A stretch of 63,404 nt of DNA, the filler included, from Hausera hauseri (Eukaryota), in assembly GCA_046269625.1 (NCBI GenBank). It is 12 parts of 12 records of this genome, joined end to end, with 100 filler letters (N's around TTAATTAATTAA, not from the genome) between each part and the next. Parts side by side here need not be neighbours in the genome. Positions count along the whole stretch, not along the records: positions 45,195 to 49,894 come from JBJURY010470356.1; positions 49,995 to 54,617 come from JBJURY010499574.1; positions 54,718 to 58,804 come from JBJURY010769760.1; positions 58,905 to 63,404 come from JBJURY010552228.1; 8 more parts are not named here. One strand, 5' to 3'. Position 1 is the first letter of the stretch, and each line of letters starts with the position of its first letter. Below are positions 47,525 to 60,560 of this stretch, in pieces. The translations under genes were made by a program, and so were the position numbers. The notes under the pieces were generated by a model. It was not told where the DNA came from. It searched no databases and saw nothing but the letters and a program-made list of their open reading frames with translations.

Positions 47525-49894
47525 AACAACAAAAACAACAGCAACTTTAACAACCATAACAGCATCTACAACAAAAATAACAACAAAACAACAACAATAT
47601 CCACAAAAGAACAACAAGGACAACAACAAGAACATCAATAACAACAAAAACAACAACAAAATCAACAAAATCAATATAAACAACAACACTACCAAGAACA
47701 AAAAAAACAAAATAACAACAAGAAGAACAACATCAACAACAGCAACAACAAGAAGAACTGAAAAACAACAACAGCAGCAACAAGAACAAGAACAAAAACG
47801 TCAAGAGCAACAATAAAACAACAACAAAGCAACATCAACAACATGAAGAAGGACAACAACATCAACAAAAAGGACCACAAAAACAAGAAAAAGTACAACA
47901 AAAACAACTACAACAACAACAAGAACAGCAAAACATAGAAACAAAACAATAAAAAGAAGAACAACAAGAACAATAAGAAGAAAAACAACAACAAGATGAA
48001 GAACAACAACAACAACAACAGCAAAAAATAACAAAAATAACAACAACAACAACAACAAGATTCACACCAACAACAACAACAGCAACAGCATTAACAACAA
48101 GAAGAACAGCAAAACATAGAAACAAAAAAAATAAAAAGAAGAACAACAAGAACAATAAGAAGAANNNNNNNNNNNNNNNNNNNNNNNNNNNNNNNNNNNN
48201 NNNNNNNNNNNNNNNNNNNNNNNNNNNNNNNNNNNNNNNNNNNNNNNNNNNNNNNNNNNNNNNNNNNNNNNNNNNNNNNNNNNNNNNNNNNNNNNNACAA
48301 AAACGAAAGCAACAAAAACAACGACAACATCAATAACAACAACAACAACAGTAATAAAACCATGAACAATAACAACAACAACAACAGCAACAAGGACAAC
48401 AGCAACAACAACAACAACAATAACAACATTAACAACAACAACCACGACAACAACATCAACAACAAAAACAAAGACAACAACAGCAGACACATCAACAACA
48501 TGAAGAATGACAACAACAACAAATAAAACAATAAAATGAACAAAAAAATAACAAAAATCAACTACAACAACAACAAGAACAGCAACAGAAATAGAAAAAA
48601 GAAGGAGAAAAAGAAGAAGAAGAACAACAATAATAAGAAATCAACAACAAATTGAAGAACAACAACGACAACAGCAACAGCTACAAAAGCAACAACAACA
48701 ACAGCTTTAGCAACAACAACAACAACAACAACAACCAAAATAACAAAAATAAGAGCAACAAAAACAACAACATTATCAACAACAACGACAACAAAAACAG
48801 CAACAACAACGACAACAAAAAGTACTTCAATAACAACAACANNNNNNNNNNNNNNNNNNNNNNNNNNNNNNNNNNNNNNNNNNNNNNNNNNNNNNNNNNN
48901 NNNNNNNNNNNNNNNNNNNNNNNNNNNNNNNNNNNNNNNNNNNNNNNNNNNNNNNNNNNNNNNNNNNNNNNNNNNNNNNNNNNNNNNNNNCAAGAACTTC
49001 AACAACAACAGCAACAACAGCAACAGCAACAACATCAAAAAGAGCACAAAAAACAAAAATAACAACAACAACAACAAAAACAGCAACAACAAAAAAATCA
49101 ACAACAATAACAAAAACAACAACAACAACGACAACTGCAACAACAAGAATACCAACAACAACGAAAACTACAACAATAAAAACAACAACAACAACAGCAA
49201 AAAGAACAACAACAACAATTGCGACAACAACAGCAATAACTACAACAACAATAACAACAACAACAAAAACAACAGCAACAGCAACAACAAGAAGAAAAAC
49301 AACAACAACAAGAACAACAGCAACAAGAAATAAAACTATAAAAACAACAGCAACAACAACAACATGAAAAGAACAAGAACAACAACAATTACAACAACAA
49401 CAGCAACAACAACGAAAACAACGGCAACAACAGCAACAAAAACACTAACAACAACAACAACAAAAATAACAATTACAACAACGAAAACAACAACAGCAAG
49501 AAAAACAACAAGAATAACCACAAAAACAACACACAACAACAACAACAACGTCAACAAGAACAACAGCAGCATAAACAGAAAAAAAAAGGACAGCAACGAC
49601 TATAAATGCAACAACAACAACAACAACAATAACAACAAAAACAAAAACAACAAAAACAATAAAAACTACAACAACAAAAACAAAAACATCAACAACTACA
49701 ACAATAACAATTACAACAACAACAACATCGACAACAACACCAACAACAACAACAACAATAAGAGTAACAACAAAAACAACAACAAAAACAACATCGACAA
49801 CAACAACAAGAACGACATCAACAATAACAACAACAATAATAACAACGATAACAACATCAACAAAACAGAAACAACAACAAGAACAACAACAATA
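45195..49894. repeat. Degenerate (AAC)n/(AAG)n low-complexity satellite with gaps
   Basis: Directly visible; strongly A/C-biased on the + strand. Confidence 0.97.
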
Positions 49895-49994
49895 NNNNNN
49901 NNNNNNNNNNNNNNNNNNNNNNNNNNNNNNNNNNNNNNTTAATTAATTAANNNNNNNNNNNNNNNNNNNNNNNNNNNNNNNNNNNNNNNNNNNN

Positions 49995-51212
49995 GTTTTG
50001 ATATATGACCGGCAATTCTTGAATACAGCGTTTTTCTTCCACGTTTAAAGATACTTCCCGTTTTCCGCATTCGTAGGTCAGCAAGATTTCTCCGGTCACT
50101 CTTCCAAAAATGCCTTCTTTCATTGAAATTACTGGCGATGCTAGTTCTGGATTTGCTTATATTAAGGCTAGCTTGGTCCTCATGATTTCCATATCCAATC
50201 TACAATCATTCGCAATCACTTTGTTATATAATTCTGCTAGTCCAATTTGTTCTTTATAATAGAAGAAATCATCTCTATTATTTAAATAGTCTTCTATTCT
50301 TACGTCTTGTGTTTCCAAAGCAAATGTAGTTATTGCGGCTTTCGCCACAAAAATGCTTCATAATTGGTGGCGTACATTACTACGTTGCATTGAGAGAGCA
50401 TTTGCTTCTTAATGATTTTCAATCCGTGGTCCTCGGATATCACTATCGTAGGTGTAGATTGTTCAGCCACGTCCTTTCTTATCGTAGCATTGTTGTCGCT
50501 CGTGTCCACATATCTTTTTCCCGTGGATTTGTTAAAATTTATCTCTTTTATTTTAATAAAGTTACAATCATTAGTAGGTGGTGGAGTCCAAATGACTATC
50601 GAGTTCCTGAAAGTACAGGCACCATCTTGGATGTGACACTTCTGATTTTCGGTATATGTTTTGTGACACTATTGAACATCACTTTTGGTTCTTCATCTCT
50701 ATCTCATAGAAATCGACCACTACTATTCCTGATTCTCTTCCTTTTCCTGTATCGTACTCACCTCCTTTACAATATCCTGTGTGCATATCCAGTTTTACAA
50801 TTGCTATCTTATATACTCAAATTATTTTTCCCGGTTGGGCTTCTAACTCCATTCCATCCCATCTTAATCTTCCGGTTTCTTTAGCTTGCTTACACTGTTG
50901 TCGATCTAAATCCATAGGGATCAGTGGGGTCGTCAGTTTTACTATCGACGAATGTCTATGCATGTTTCCGCAGTGGAAAATGCTCCGCGAACTTCGCAGC
51001 ATGCACTCTATTCCGTCTATTGCAATTAACTTGCGCTGCTTATATAAAAAGTACTTTTTCTCAATCGTTACTAACTTGTGAGGTCGGGCGTCTTCGCATA
51101 ATTCCAAATCCATTAAGGAATATCTTTGACCTACCTTAAATTTATCGCAGTCGTATACCGTGATTGCGCATAGTCGTCCTAATAGCATTATAAGCGTTAT
51201 CAGTTTAATCAT
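49995..51212 (-). pseudogene. Chuvirus-like envelope glycoprotein (element E2), frameshifted, truncated by linker
   Basis: Signal peptide; ITVYDC...YSLMDLELC; FHCGNMHRHSS; GYCKGGEY; NDCRL; GIFGRVTGEI...EC...CIQELPVIY. Confidence 0.87.
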
Positions 51213-51325
51213 TAAGTTTGATTCACTATCTCGCGCTGAGTTAGATGGTATTAAATTTCTTACTACATTTTCAATTCGAGTGGTCAGCCTGTTTCCATCT
51301 TCGTCATCGAATAGCCTCGACCAAT

Positions 51326-52369
51326 TTATTTCCTAGCAGCTTTTCTGATCAATCCAATGGTTCTATTGAATTCATTTTCTTTCAGAATGTTTGCTTTGAT
51401 TGCCAAGTACAATATTACTTTCCTTAATTTATCCTTAGAATTCTCTACCATAATTTTCTCAATTAGAACTTCGTCAGGTAAGTTGCCTTTGTTCATTTTC
51501 AACCAAAATGTCCTCATTATCTTTTCCGCATTATATATTGCATTTTCTTTTTCATCTAACATCTCGTTCCTTGGTCCCGAATAGTTCACTATTTTGATAA
51601 TGTATCCCAGCAACTCGTTTAACTCTTCGCTATCGGAGTTAATCCCGGGAATGGATAATTGCATTAGTTCTCGTATCAAGGCTTCACTCCGGTCACTATC
51701 ATCTCTTATTTTTCTCGGCCTTCCAACTGGTCGTTTTTGTTTCGGCGCAGTTGGTATTTCTTCGCTCATCGATACTATATTCTTATCATATCGTTTCTTA
51801 TCTTCCTCACTCTGGAGGTAGTCAAAATACATGACAGGGTCTCTGACTCCCATAATGCGTCCTACGCAGTGTTCATCTCTTGCTTTTCTCGTAGCCTCAT
51901 CTTTTGTCTGTTCGTCGGTAATTATAGCCACTATTCGATTTGATTCCTCCGGAATAATTCCAACATCTATTAATAGCTCAGATTCGTCCAGTATTCTACC
52001 TCGGAAATATAATCGGTAATTTACTTCATCTTTTCCACCGTTTCGTACTATCCATTGTTTTACTGCTCTAACCGATGTCATCGTTGTGCATTCAGTTTCT
52101 TTTCCTTTCATCCATTCAGCAGATAATTTTACCTTAACCGTCGTCTCGGGTTTAGCTTTTAAGAAATCAGCGTATTTCTTTATCAGTAATCTGGGTACTG
52201 AGCTATAAACGGTATTTTCGCTTGATAGTTTTGTCAATGTAGGGATCAATTGTCTCAATTTGCTCCCCGTCATGTTGACGTTAATCTGCTCAATTAATTC
52301 TCTCTCGGCTAATGCGGGATTCAATATCATTTCCACATTAAATCGTCGATCGATTTGATGGGTATCCAT
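51326..52369 (-). CDS. Intact ORF with ubiquitin-like domain and AT-hook
   Basis: TSVRAVKQWI..NGG....YRLYFRGRILDESELLIDVGI (UBL); KRPVGRPRK (AT-hook). Confidence 0.75.
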   Translation of the reverse strand: MDTHQIDRRFNVEMILNPALAERELIEQINVNMTGSKLRQLIPTLTKLSSENTVYSSVPRLLIKKYADFLKAKPETTVKVKLSAEWMKGKETECTTMTSVRAVKQWIVRNGGKDEVNYRLYFRGRILDESELLIDVGIIPEESNRIVAIITDEQTKDEATRKARDEHCVGRIMGVRDPVMYFDYLQSEEDKKRYDKNIVSMSEEIPTAPKQKRPVGRPRKIRDDSDRSEALIRELMQLSIPGINSDSEELNELLGYIIKIVNYSGPRNEMLDEKENAIYNAEKIMRTFWLKMNKGNLPDEVLIEKIMVENSKDKLRKVILYLAIKANILKENEFNRTIGLIRKAARK

Positions 52370-52379
52370 TAGTTAAAGT

Positions 52380-54617
52380 TGGATGGGCGTCTTCGGATTT
52401 TGGTTGTATAATTCATATATATAAGCATCCTATCCTGAGTCATCTGTAACATCTGGAATTCCACAATCTAACAATGCCATAAACGTGCTTCGTGCATTTT
52501 CACGGATTTCGTTTAGTCTTGGCTGTATTTCCTTCATCAAGTTACTTCGAAATTCTACTCCGTTTCCACACGCAAGTTGTATCGTTTTCAGTGTGGGTCC
52601 TAATTCGTCTGTAGGAAACAACCCTTTTATTTCATAGTCCGTTAATTCGGTTGTTACATCTGTTTACCATCTTTGCACGAATTCTCTTCGATTCGTTAAC
52701 TCTGATTGCGTGATCTTATATTTATTCTTCTAAGCATCCAATTTTTTGCCTAATTCATCTAGCTTCGTAGCCTTTTGCTTTGTGCGAATCCACAATTCTT
52801 CTATATCCTTGACTTGAGTTGTCAATTGTCGTGTCTTATCGTCATCTATTTCTGCCATTGTCGATAGTAGTGATATTAATTCGTACATTTCTTTTAGAGA
52901 TTTCGAATCAGGATCTATTTCTTCAATCAGCCTCTTTACGAATTTAGCTTCGTCTGGTGTAAGGCGATGATCATTGGTTATTTCTATTAATTCAGCGTGA
53001 CCATTCTGGTCGGTATCTGATGCCCACTCAAAAGGACGATGTAGGTATTTTAGTACTTCTTCTAGCGCTTTCCGATGATTTGGACAAATATCCAATGTCG
53101 ATAGATCACATATGGATATTTCATCTATAGGCCTTCTTATCAAATGTCATACACCTTCTAGGCGGACACCCTTTAGTTTCATCGATAAGGAGGAGATCTT
53201 TTCCTGTTTAGCCGATAATTTCATTTCTTTGATTATGTTATACAATTTTTCTGTGAGTTTTATTTCCTGACCGTTACTCATAAATCTTAGTCTCAATAAC
53301 GCGTTTAATTCAACTCGAAGGTTTGCCTCTATTTTGTAAACATCTAGGTTGCGGAGTATTTCTTTTAACTGTTGTTTCAATATCGGTTCACGTTCCAACT
53401 ACTTTATTAAACGGTATTTCGTTAGACTCATTAATCTGTCTAATACTTCAATCCATTCTTTGAGTTGGTTATTTATCATTTGTTTCGCATTTATTAAATT
53501 TTCTAATCGTTCGTAGGCGTCATTCAATTTATCATCTGGACCCTTAATATAGTCCATTACTCCTTTTATGTAGTTAATGTCCTTCTTATATTCGTCTAGT
53601 TCTAAAATACATTGTCCATTATGATTTGTACTTCTTCGTTCTCCGCATACATTATTTTATTCCTACATCTGTAGATTTTGGAGCCCCTTTATCTTGGAAG
53701 GTTATGCGAATTCCTATATTTGCATATTCATTTGGTGCGTTGAACGCGATCTTACACATTTTCATTATGAGAGGAATGTCTACAAGTTCCATGCCTAGTA
53801 TTGAAAATTCGTTTACATCCAATTTGTATATTGGTTTATTTTTGAGGTGATAGATTACTGCACTCTCTATTTCTACCATTAACGTCTCTAAATTCCGTTT
53901 TGTTCGCTTCTGTTTTGAATCCATTTCTAGTGTCTTTAGTAATCCTTGGGCAGTTGCCACTTTATTCTTAATTTCTATCTCCTGATTATTCCATGTGTCG
54001 GTGAAGTTGATTCCGCTTTTTATCTATGAATCAAGTTTTGCTTCCATTCGTCAATTGACTTCTCCATAATTTCATACATTTCTTCTGGTTCTTTCTCTTT
54101 GTTAATGTCTTCCTTAAGGTATTGTTTGAATTCTTTATACATTCTTTCGGCGAATTGCTATTCCTTTCCTGACACATCTACTTGAGTTTTTATATGCATT
54201 AATTCTTCCAGATTGTGACGTATTGTCTCCGTATCTGTTGGTCCATCCTAATTTCTTTTAATTTCTTTGCATTTTCCAGGATTTTTTTATCCTTTCCGTC
54301 TAGCTTTTTGATTCGTTCTGTGCCATCAATCTCGTTTTCGCTATCAGGTAATGGACATATCTCATTTATCTCATTGTTCGCATCTCCTACTGTTACACTT
54401 GTGCTTGGATTATCCGTAACTTCAGTAAGATCCACATGTGGAGTGTCTAAGTTCGGAGTGTCCTCTACGTCAGCATCTCGGACTTGAGTTATCTTTGCAT
54501 TATCTCTTTTTAATGGCGATCTTGATCGACCCTTTGACTCCCTTTTAAGTGATGGACTACGACCTCTATTTTTCGTTATTTTAAGGACTAATGGGGCTAT
54601 ATATTCACTTTCGATTT
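52380..54617 (-). pseudogene. Long degraded coiled-coil ORF of E2 with RS-rich N-terminal part
   Basis: Same-strand collinear fragments 54199-54435, 53652-53960, 53147-53398, 52730-53143, 52430-52621. Confidence 0.5.
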
Positions 54618-55818
54618 NNNNNNNNNNNNNNNNNNNNNNNNNNNNNNNNNNNNNNNNNNNNTTAATTAATTAANNNNNNNNNNNNNNNNNNNNNNNNNNN
54701 NNNNNNNNNNNNNNNNNATGCCGTAGACAATCCAATCTGCATCTATCACGCAAAGTACCAGTCCAAGGCTAGGTCATGCGTGCCAGGATGTAAACATTAT
54801 AAAAGGAATTCTAGTTCTCCATTTTCTTCGCCTCCGCGCACTCACCATTCCTCCTCTTTCTACCTAAATGTCTAGAAAAAAACAAATAATGCCATCAGAT
54901 GCCACTGCACATTCTGGTATAGGCAATGGCATTCAATCTCCTGGCAGTTTCAACACCACCTCTGCAGTCTTTTTGTTGAAAGCTTATCTGTTATTTGGGG
55001 AGACATCACACATAGACTTCCTTATTGATTCAGGAGCTGAATTTTCACTTCTTCCTTTGCTTTTCGCTCCTACACCTAACACAGTTTTCTCTCCTTCACT
55101 TTTCACTGCCTGTGGTTAACCTTAAAATATTGTAGTTACCACAAAACTGACCTTCACATTCTCCAACCTACCAGACAAATTTTCCTGGAATTTTCACATA
55201 GCCAACATCAGATCGCCCATAATAGGCTCCGATTTCTTGGCTGCATAGGACTTGTTAGTCGATTGTAAGCATAAATGCCTCCTGCGCAGAAACTTTACTG
55301 CAAATTCTAACAAATACTCACGAAACGACCATTCGGACACTTTGTCTTCCTCAGATCATTCATATGTCAATGTGACATCCAGTTCATCGGTTGACAACAA
55401 CACGTTTAACATTTCATCAATATTTTCAATCTCGTCAAGTGGGAACAAATCAATCCTGAAGCAGTCGGTTGAACCAAATGTCGCTAATGAAGTATTTAGT
55501 CAATCTACATCAATTACAGCCACTGATTCTTTAAATGGTATGCCCTCATCATTCTTATCGTTGGGTTCTGATCTCAAATCCTACATTAAGACTTCTTGTT
55601 CCCGTACTCTTAAGAAGGACATCAGTTTCAAACCGCATTCTACAACATATCACAACAGTGACCAAACACCAAAGACCTGTCAGACAAAAGGTAAGGCTAC
55701 TTTCACCTCGCAGACGAAAAGCTGTTGAATCAGAGTTCAATAAACTCGAAAAGGCGGGCATTATTCGACGAACTAAATTTACCATGAGCTTCGCCTTTGC
55801 ATGTTGTGACGACGAAAG

Positions 55819-56451
55819 ATGGCACATACAGACCATGCGGTGATTATTGGCGGTGACTATGCTTACCCTTTACCTCTCATAAATGACATCCTGCATAGCC
55901 TTACCAACACTATCACGTACTCCACAATTGACTTGCATAAGGCATATCATCAAATTCCCGTTGCACCTGATGATATTCCACAAACTGCTATTATCACTCC
56001 ATTTAGCCTATACGAATATATCTTTATGCCATTTGATTTACGTCGTGCTTCTCAAACTGTCCAACGGCACATTGATACTGTACTCTCAGGCCTAGATTTC
56101 GCTCCTCCATATATTGATGACATACTGGTTGCCTCTACCTCTGTCAAACAACATCAAGAACACCTTCGTATTATCTTTCACAGATTACATCATAGCAATT
56201 TGCAAGTCAACTTCGCCAAGTGTCATTTCTTTCAAAAACGCGTAAATTTTCTAGGTCACGTCATCACTCCTGACGGCCACTCTCCACAACCGAATCGACT
56301 ACAACAATTAAAGAACATAACTCCACCAACAACTACCACTGATATAAGAAGCTTTTTAGGCACACTCCACTTCATCCACAAATACGTGCCTCATTGCTCT
56401 GAGCTCACAGATCCTTTCGCACATCTATCATCCGGTAAAAAAGGCAGTTGA
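55819..56451 (+). pseudogene. Gypsy reverse transcriptase
   Basis: YPLP.I; DLHKAY; MPF; YIDD; FLGH. Confidence 0.95.
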
Positions 56452-57159
56452 TCCACTGGACTCCTCATTTCGTAATTAAGTTTGATCACTTGCGCGAAGG
56501 TCTTAAACCATAATACTGGCTTATCCGAAATCCAAGGCAGATCTTATTCTTACAACCGATGCCTCAACCAAAGCTACTGGCTCTCTACTACACCAGATCT
56601 CTAATGGGGTCGACGAGCCATTAGAATTTTATTCTAGGAAGCTGACACAACCCGAGAGCCGTTACTTCACATTTGACCGTGAGTTACTCGCCATAGTTTT
56701 AGCAATAAAACCTTTCAAACACTTACTTTTCTCTCGTCCATTTGTCATTCAAACTGACCAAAACCTCTGTTGCACATCATGTCGTTGAAAGAACCATCAC
56801 CGAGGCAAGAGTGACATATTTCATACCTATCTACGTTCAGTTTTGCTCTGGAATATATCTCAGGCACGGATAAATTGGTAGATGATTTTCTATCGCGGTC
56901 AATTTGATCCATCACTGTTGAGCCGATTTTCGCATCTGAAATCTTAAAGGCCAATTAACTATCTGCTGATTTCCTCAGTTCCTTCAAATTCTTTGAGATC
57001 ATTGATGGAATAGCTCTTGATACGTCTAATACAGGTAATTAAAAGGTTATTCTAGTACCACCTTTAAAAAAGCCAACTTTTGTTCATACGCATTCACTCT
57101 ATCATCAGGGTTCGAAAGCAACTTTTCGCCTGCTTCAACGTCATTTAGTTTAGCCATCA

Positions 57160-57612
57160 ATGAGCAAAGATGTGCAGGACTGGGTTAAAGAATGCAAGGC
57201 CTGTCAAAAATATAAAATCAATAAACACCTTAAACCACCACTTTACCACTTTCCCTGTATATCACGATTTCATACAATTCATCTTGATTTAGTTGGTCCT
57301 TTACCTGCCGACAACGTATATGAACACATACTTACCATGATGGATCGTGCTTCTCGTTGGCCTAAAGCCGTTCCTGTTCGTTCAACAAACACTGATTCAG
57401 TAGCCGACGCTTTTATTAAAATCTGGATCAGTCGCTTTGGTTCCCCACGTTACATAGTAACGGATCAAGGTCCACAATTTGAGTCTGAGTTTTTCAAATC
57501 ACTTGTCAAACGCTTGGGGGTATCCCATTTTAATACTACTCCATATCATCTTCAAGCAAACGGCCTTCTTGAAAGGTTCCATCGAACAATGAAAGTATCA
57601 TTAAAAATCTAG
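57160..57612 (+). pseudogene. Gypsy integrase core
   Basis: D,D(35)E motifs. Confidence 0.95.
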
Positions 57613-59138
57613 GCTGACGCTCATCGCAATTGGACTTCCATTCTACCTTTTGTTCTATTAGTGTGGCTCAACACACCTTCAACCACTACCGGTTGTGCTC
57701 CAGCTGAAGCACTCTTTGGGACTCCAGTTCGAGACTTATTTGATCTCTCTGATCTCGACGACAACCCCACAGACAAAAACATTCGTGCGGCACAATCTCA
57801 CTACGTCGAGGTCAGCTCAGATTCATTCTGTCGCCTTTTTAACAACAACAAATCCTATATTCCGAAGGATTTATACTTCTATAAGTTTGTCTGGTTAAAG
57901 AATCAACCTCTTCAGGTTTTAAACCTCAATATGTTGGCCCATACAAACTGCTAAATCTGTCATCTCATACGGCTACCGTTTTACGCCAAGACAAGCCTTA
58001 CGAAGTCCACATTTCGAATCTGAAGCCTGCTTTTTTCATTGACGACATTGCAAATAACAATTCTACATTCAATTCAGACTCAGATAGCATTTCTACTGAC
58101 TTTCTAAACGATTTTGCGCCGGTGCAGCAATTACTACTAGATTACACTCAATCATCATCACCACCTTCATCTCCTTTCTTGCTTGACTCATCTTCGCTAT
58201 CATCCCCATTACAAAACAACGCACAACAGCCCAGAACAAATCTATCGAGTAAGCTACGCAGGGTAACATTCAATACGTACAGCAGAAAAAAGTTCATTGA
58301 TGGTACACAACACATAACTCACACTAAACCGAATAGGCACCAAACATTGCTCTTTTTCATGACTCCTTTGCTCTCATCTATATTATCTTCATTTTTTCCT
58401 TTTCATCTTTACATAATTTCTCTTCTTCCAAGGGGGCGGGGGTGATGTGGTGCCGCGGCAGTGGGCGTGCTTGTTTCCTCGCCGGATTTGCAAGTCGTCA
58501 ATCTCAGATATTGCGGACACAATTCAATCAATTGAAATGAAACTACAATTGGAAAAGAAACTGAATGTAAGGGACATGAGTGTCATAGCCCATTTTTACA
58601 ATACTGGTCGCTACAATGATAGTTCCTTTATCAGTGTGTTACAAAACAAGAACGTATTCTATTTATGAAAATATTGTACGTATCGGATAGTGAAATATGT
58701 GCAGAATTTTGTCAAGATGATTGATATAAGCAACGCATAAAATCATTGCTAATAGCTGAGCACATTATTCTTGTTTTCAAACCAATTGAAACGTGCTAAA
58801 CTGTNNNNNNNNNNNNNNNNNNNNNNNNNNNNNNNNNNNNNNNNNNNNTTAATTAATTAANNNNNNNNNNNNNNNNNNNNNNNNNNNNNNNNNNNNNNNN
58901 NNNNGTATAATATTCTTGATTAGATCAATTTTAAAAATTACATTTTTCTTATTAGAAATTTTAATTTGAACTAGGATTGAATTTATTCATTTATTCATCC
59001 AAACTTCAAATTGTTATAATGCGATCGAGGTGAGGGTCGATCAGTCGACTCGAAAACCATTTTCTGACAATGATTTCTTTTATAAATTTTATTGATGAAT
59101 CAATTTATCAGCTCGAGTTTATTGTCAATTAATGAGTA

Positions 59139-60560
59139 TTAACCCTTTCATGCCCAAATGTTTTGAAAAACGTCTTCAAAACTACAGTGATTTCACAAGA
59201 AATATAACATGCATAACCCTTTCCTGTCCAAATTTTTATATGATGAGAAATCTTTCCAGTACATTTTTCTACTTAAAATGATGCGTGTTAGCTGTCCGAT
59301 ATGAAACAGCACTTATTTTATCATTATTATGCAAATTATTCAATTTTGCCATATGGCAACAATGGTCACGTATGGGGTAAAAGCTGAAGGTACAACAATC
59401 TGACAAACAACCAAACTTTACAAAGTAAATGCTCCATAGTGACGTACAAAACAATTCAACAGTTCTTCAAAAGACAGTTGTGCACAAAATGTAAATTATT
59501 AACAATATTGGCAGTGGTACGGTGAATTATATCGACAATATTACGGTATATACAAAATTACATTAGCGCAGTACATGCAAAGACAGATGCGCAAAACAAT
59601 TCACTAACATCAGTTTTTTTAATATGTAGTGTAAATGCAGCCGGTATGGGACAAATAAGTAATCTCATATTTACTCTGAATTTCATTAGTTACATTCCCA
59701 AAATAATTAACAATTGAACATCAATTAAAACAATGATAACTCTGCAAAACAATTCTGCTAATTTTTCGGTTCTTAATGCTTATGGCTTTGTATGATAATC
59801 AATGTAACACTGTTTATCTGCAGTCAGGCACAAGAAAATTTCACATTTTATGCATGAAATACGAATTATTGATGTTTTACACAGTCCATAGCGGTCTTTG
59901 TCAGATTTGTGGCAGATGAACCTCTGTCAAAGGTGCAGCTACCACAGCTGTTTTCTGTCATGGTTTTTCCATGTCTGATTCCTCATTCTCTGCTACTGTT
60001 GCAAGGGGCGGACATCCAAGATTTTACTCCAATGTTGGTCCTGGCTTATTGACTATGATCAAAGCCTGCGATATGTTAGTCAAATCCAAGGAGATCCAAT
60101 GTTTTTTCTGGAACACCAAGTTGACTACAGTGTCGACGGTACAGAATCGAGCTGTTAATACAGGCAACGCTGAGGACCCAGTAAAAATGCGCCGGTACCA
60201 ATTGAAATTCTTGTAGTCACCGATGTTTATGTTGTACTCAGCCACAGCAGCTGGACACTGCACTTCAATGAACTTCTTTGACTTGTTATCCCATCGTTTC
60301 ACCATCTTGACGAATTCAATCCCAACATGTTACGATGAAATTTGAACTGCACGGTTTTCAAACCATCGGATGATACACAGTCCACTGTTTGCATCCACTT
60401 TTGAATTATAGCACCCATGCCCATTCTTACCTAATTCAGATTCCATAATTTGCTAATAGTACATCGCCATCATCCGTGCCGACATCCGATTCATCAAGTG
60501 GACATTCCTTGTTCCCAGCTGAAATATAGTCTGTACCATATGGCAACATACGGACAAACA
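59139..60560 (-). mobile_element. piggyBac-like DNA transposon remnant
   Basis: IIRWFENRAV...VKRWD...IEVQCPAAVAEYN; C-terminal CIKC..FLCL...CY..YH; terminus TTAA-CCCTTTCATGCCC at 59139. Confidence 0.8.

Larger units (their letters stand above)
54718..58615 (+). mobile_element. Ty3/Gypsy LTR retrotransposon, degraded: gag tail, PR, RT, RNase H, integrase, PPT, putative 3' LTR
   Basis: CIYH...C..GC; LIDSGAE; IDLHKAYHQ, YIDDILV; TTDAS; C..CQK; DLVGPL, TDQGPQFES, NGLLERFH; PPT AAGGGGGCGGGG then TG at 58446 ... CA at 58615. Confidence 0.95.

Noticed and set aside
45139-49942. Many poly-Leu/Val/Thr/Asn ORFs
   Set aside because: By-products of the (AAC)n tract lacking stop codons
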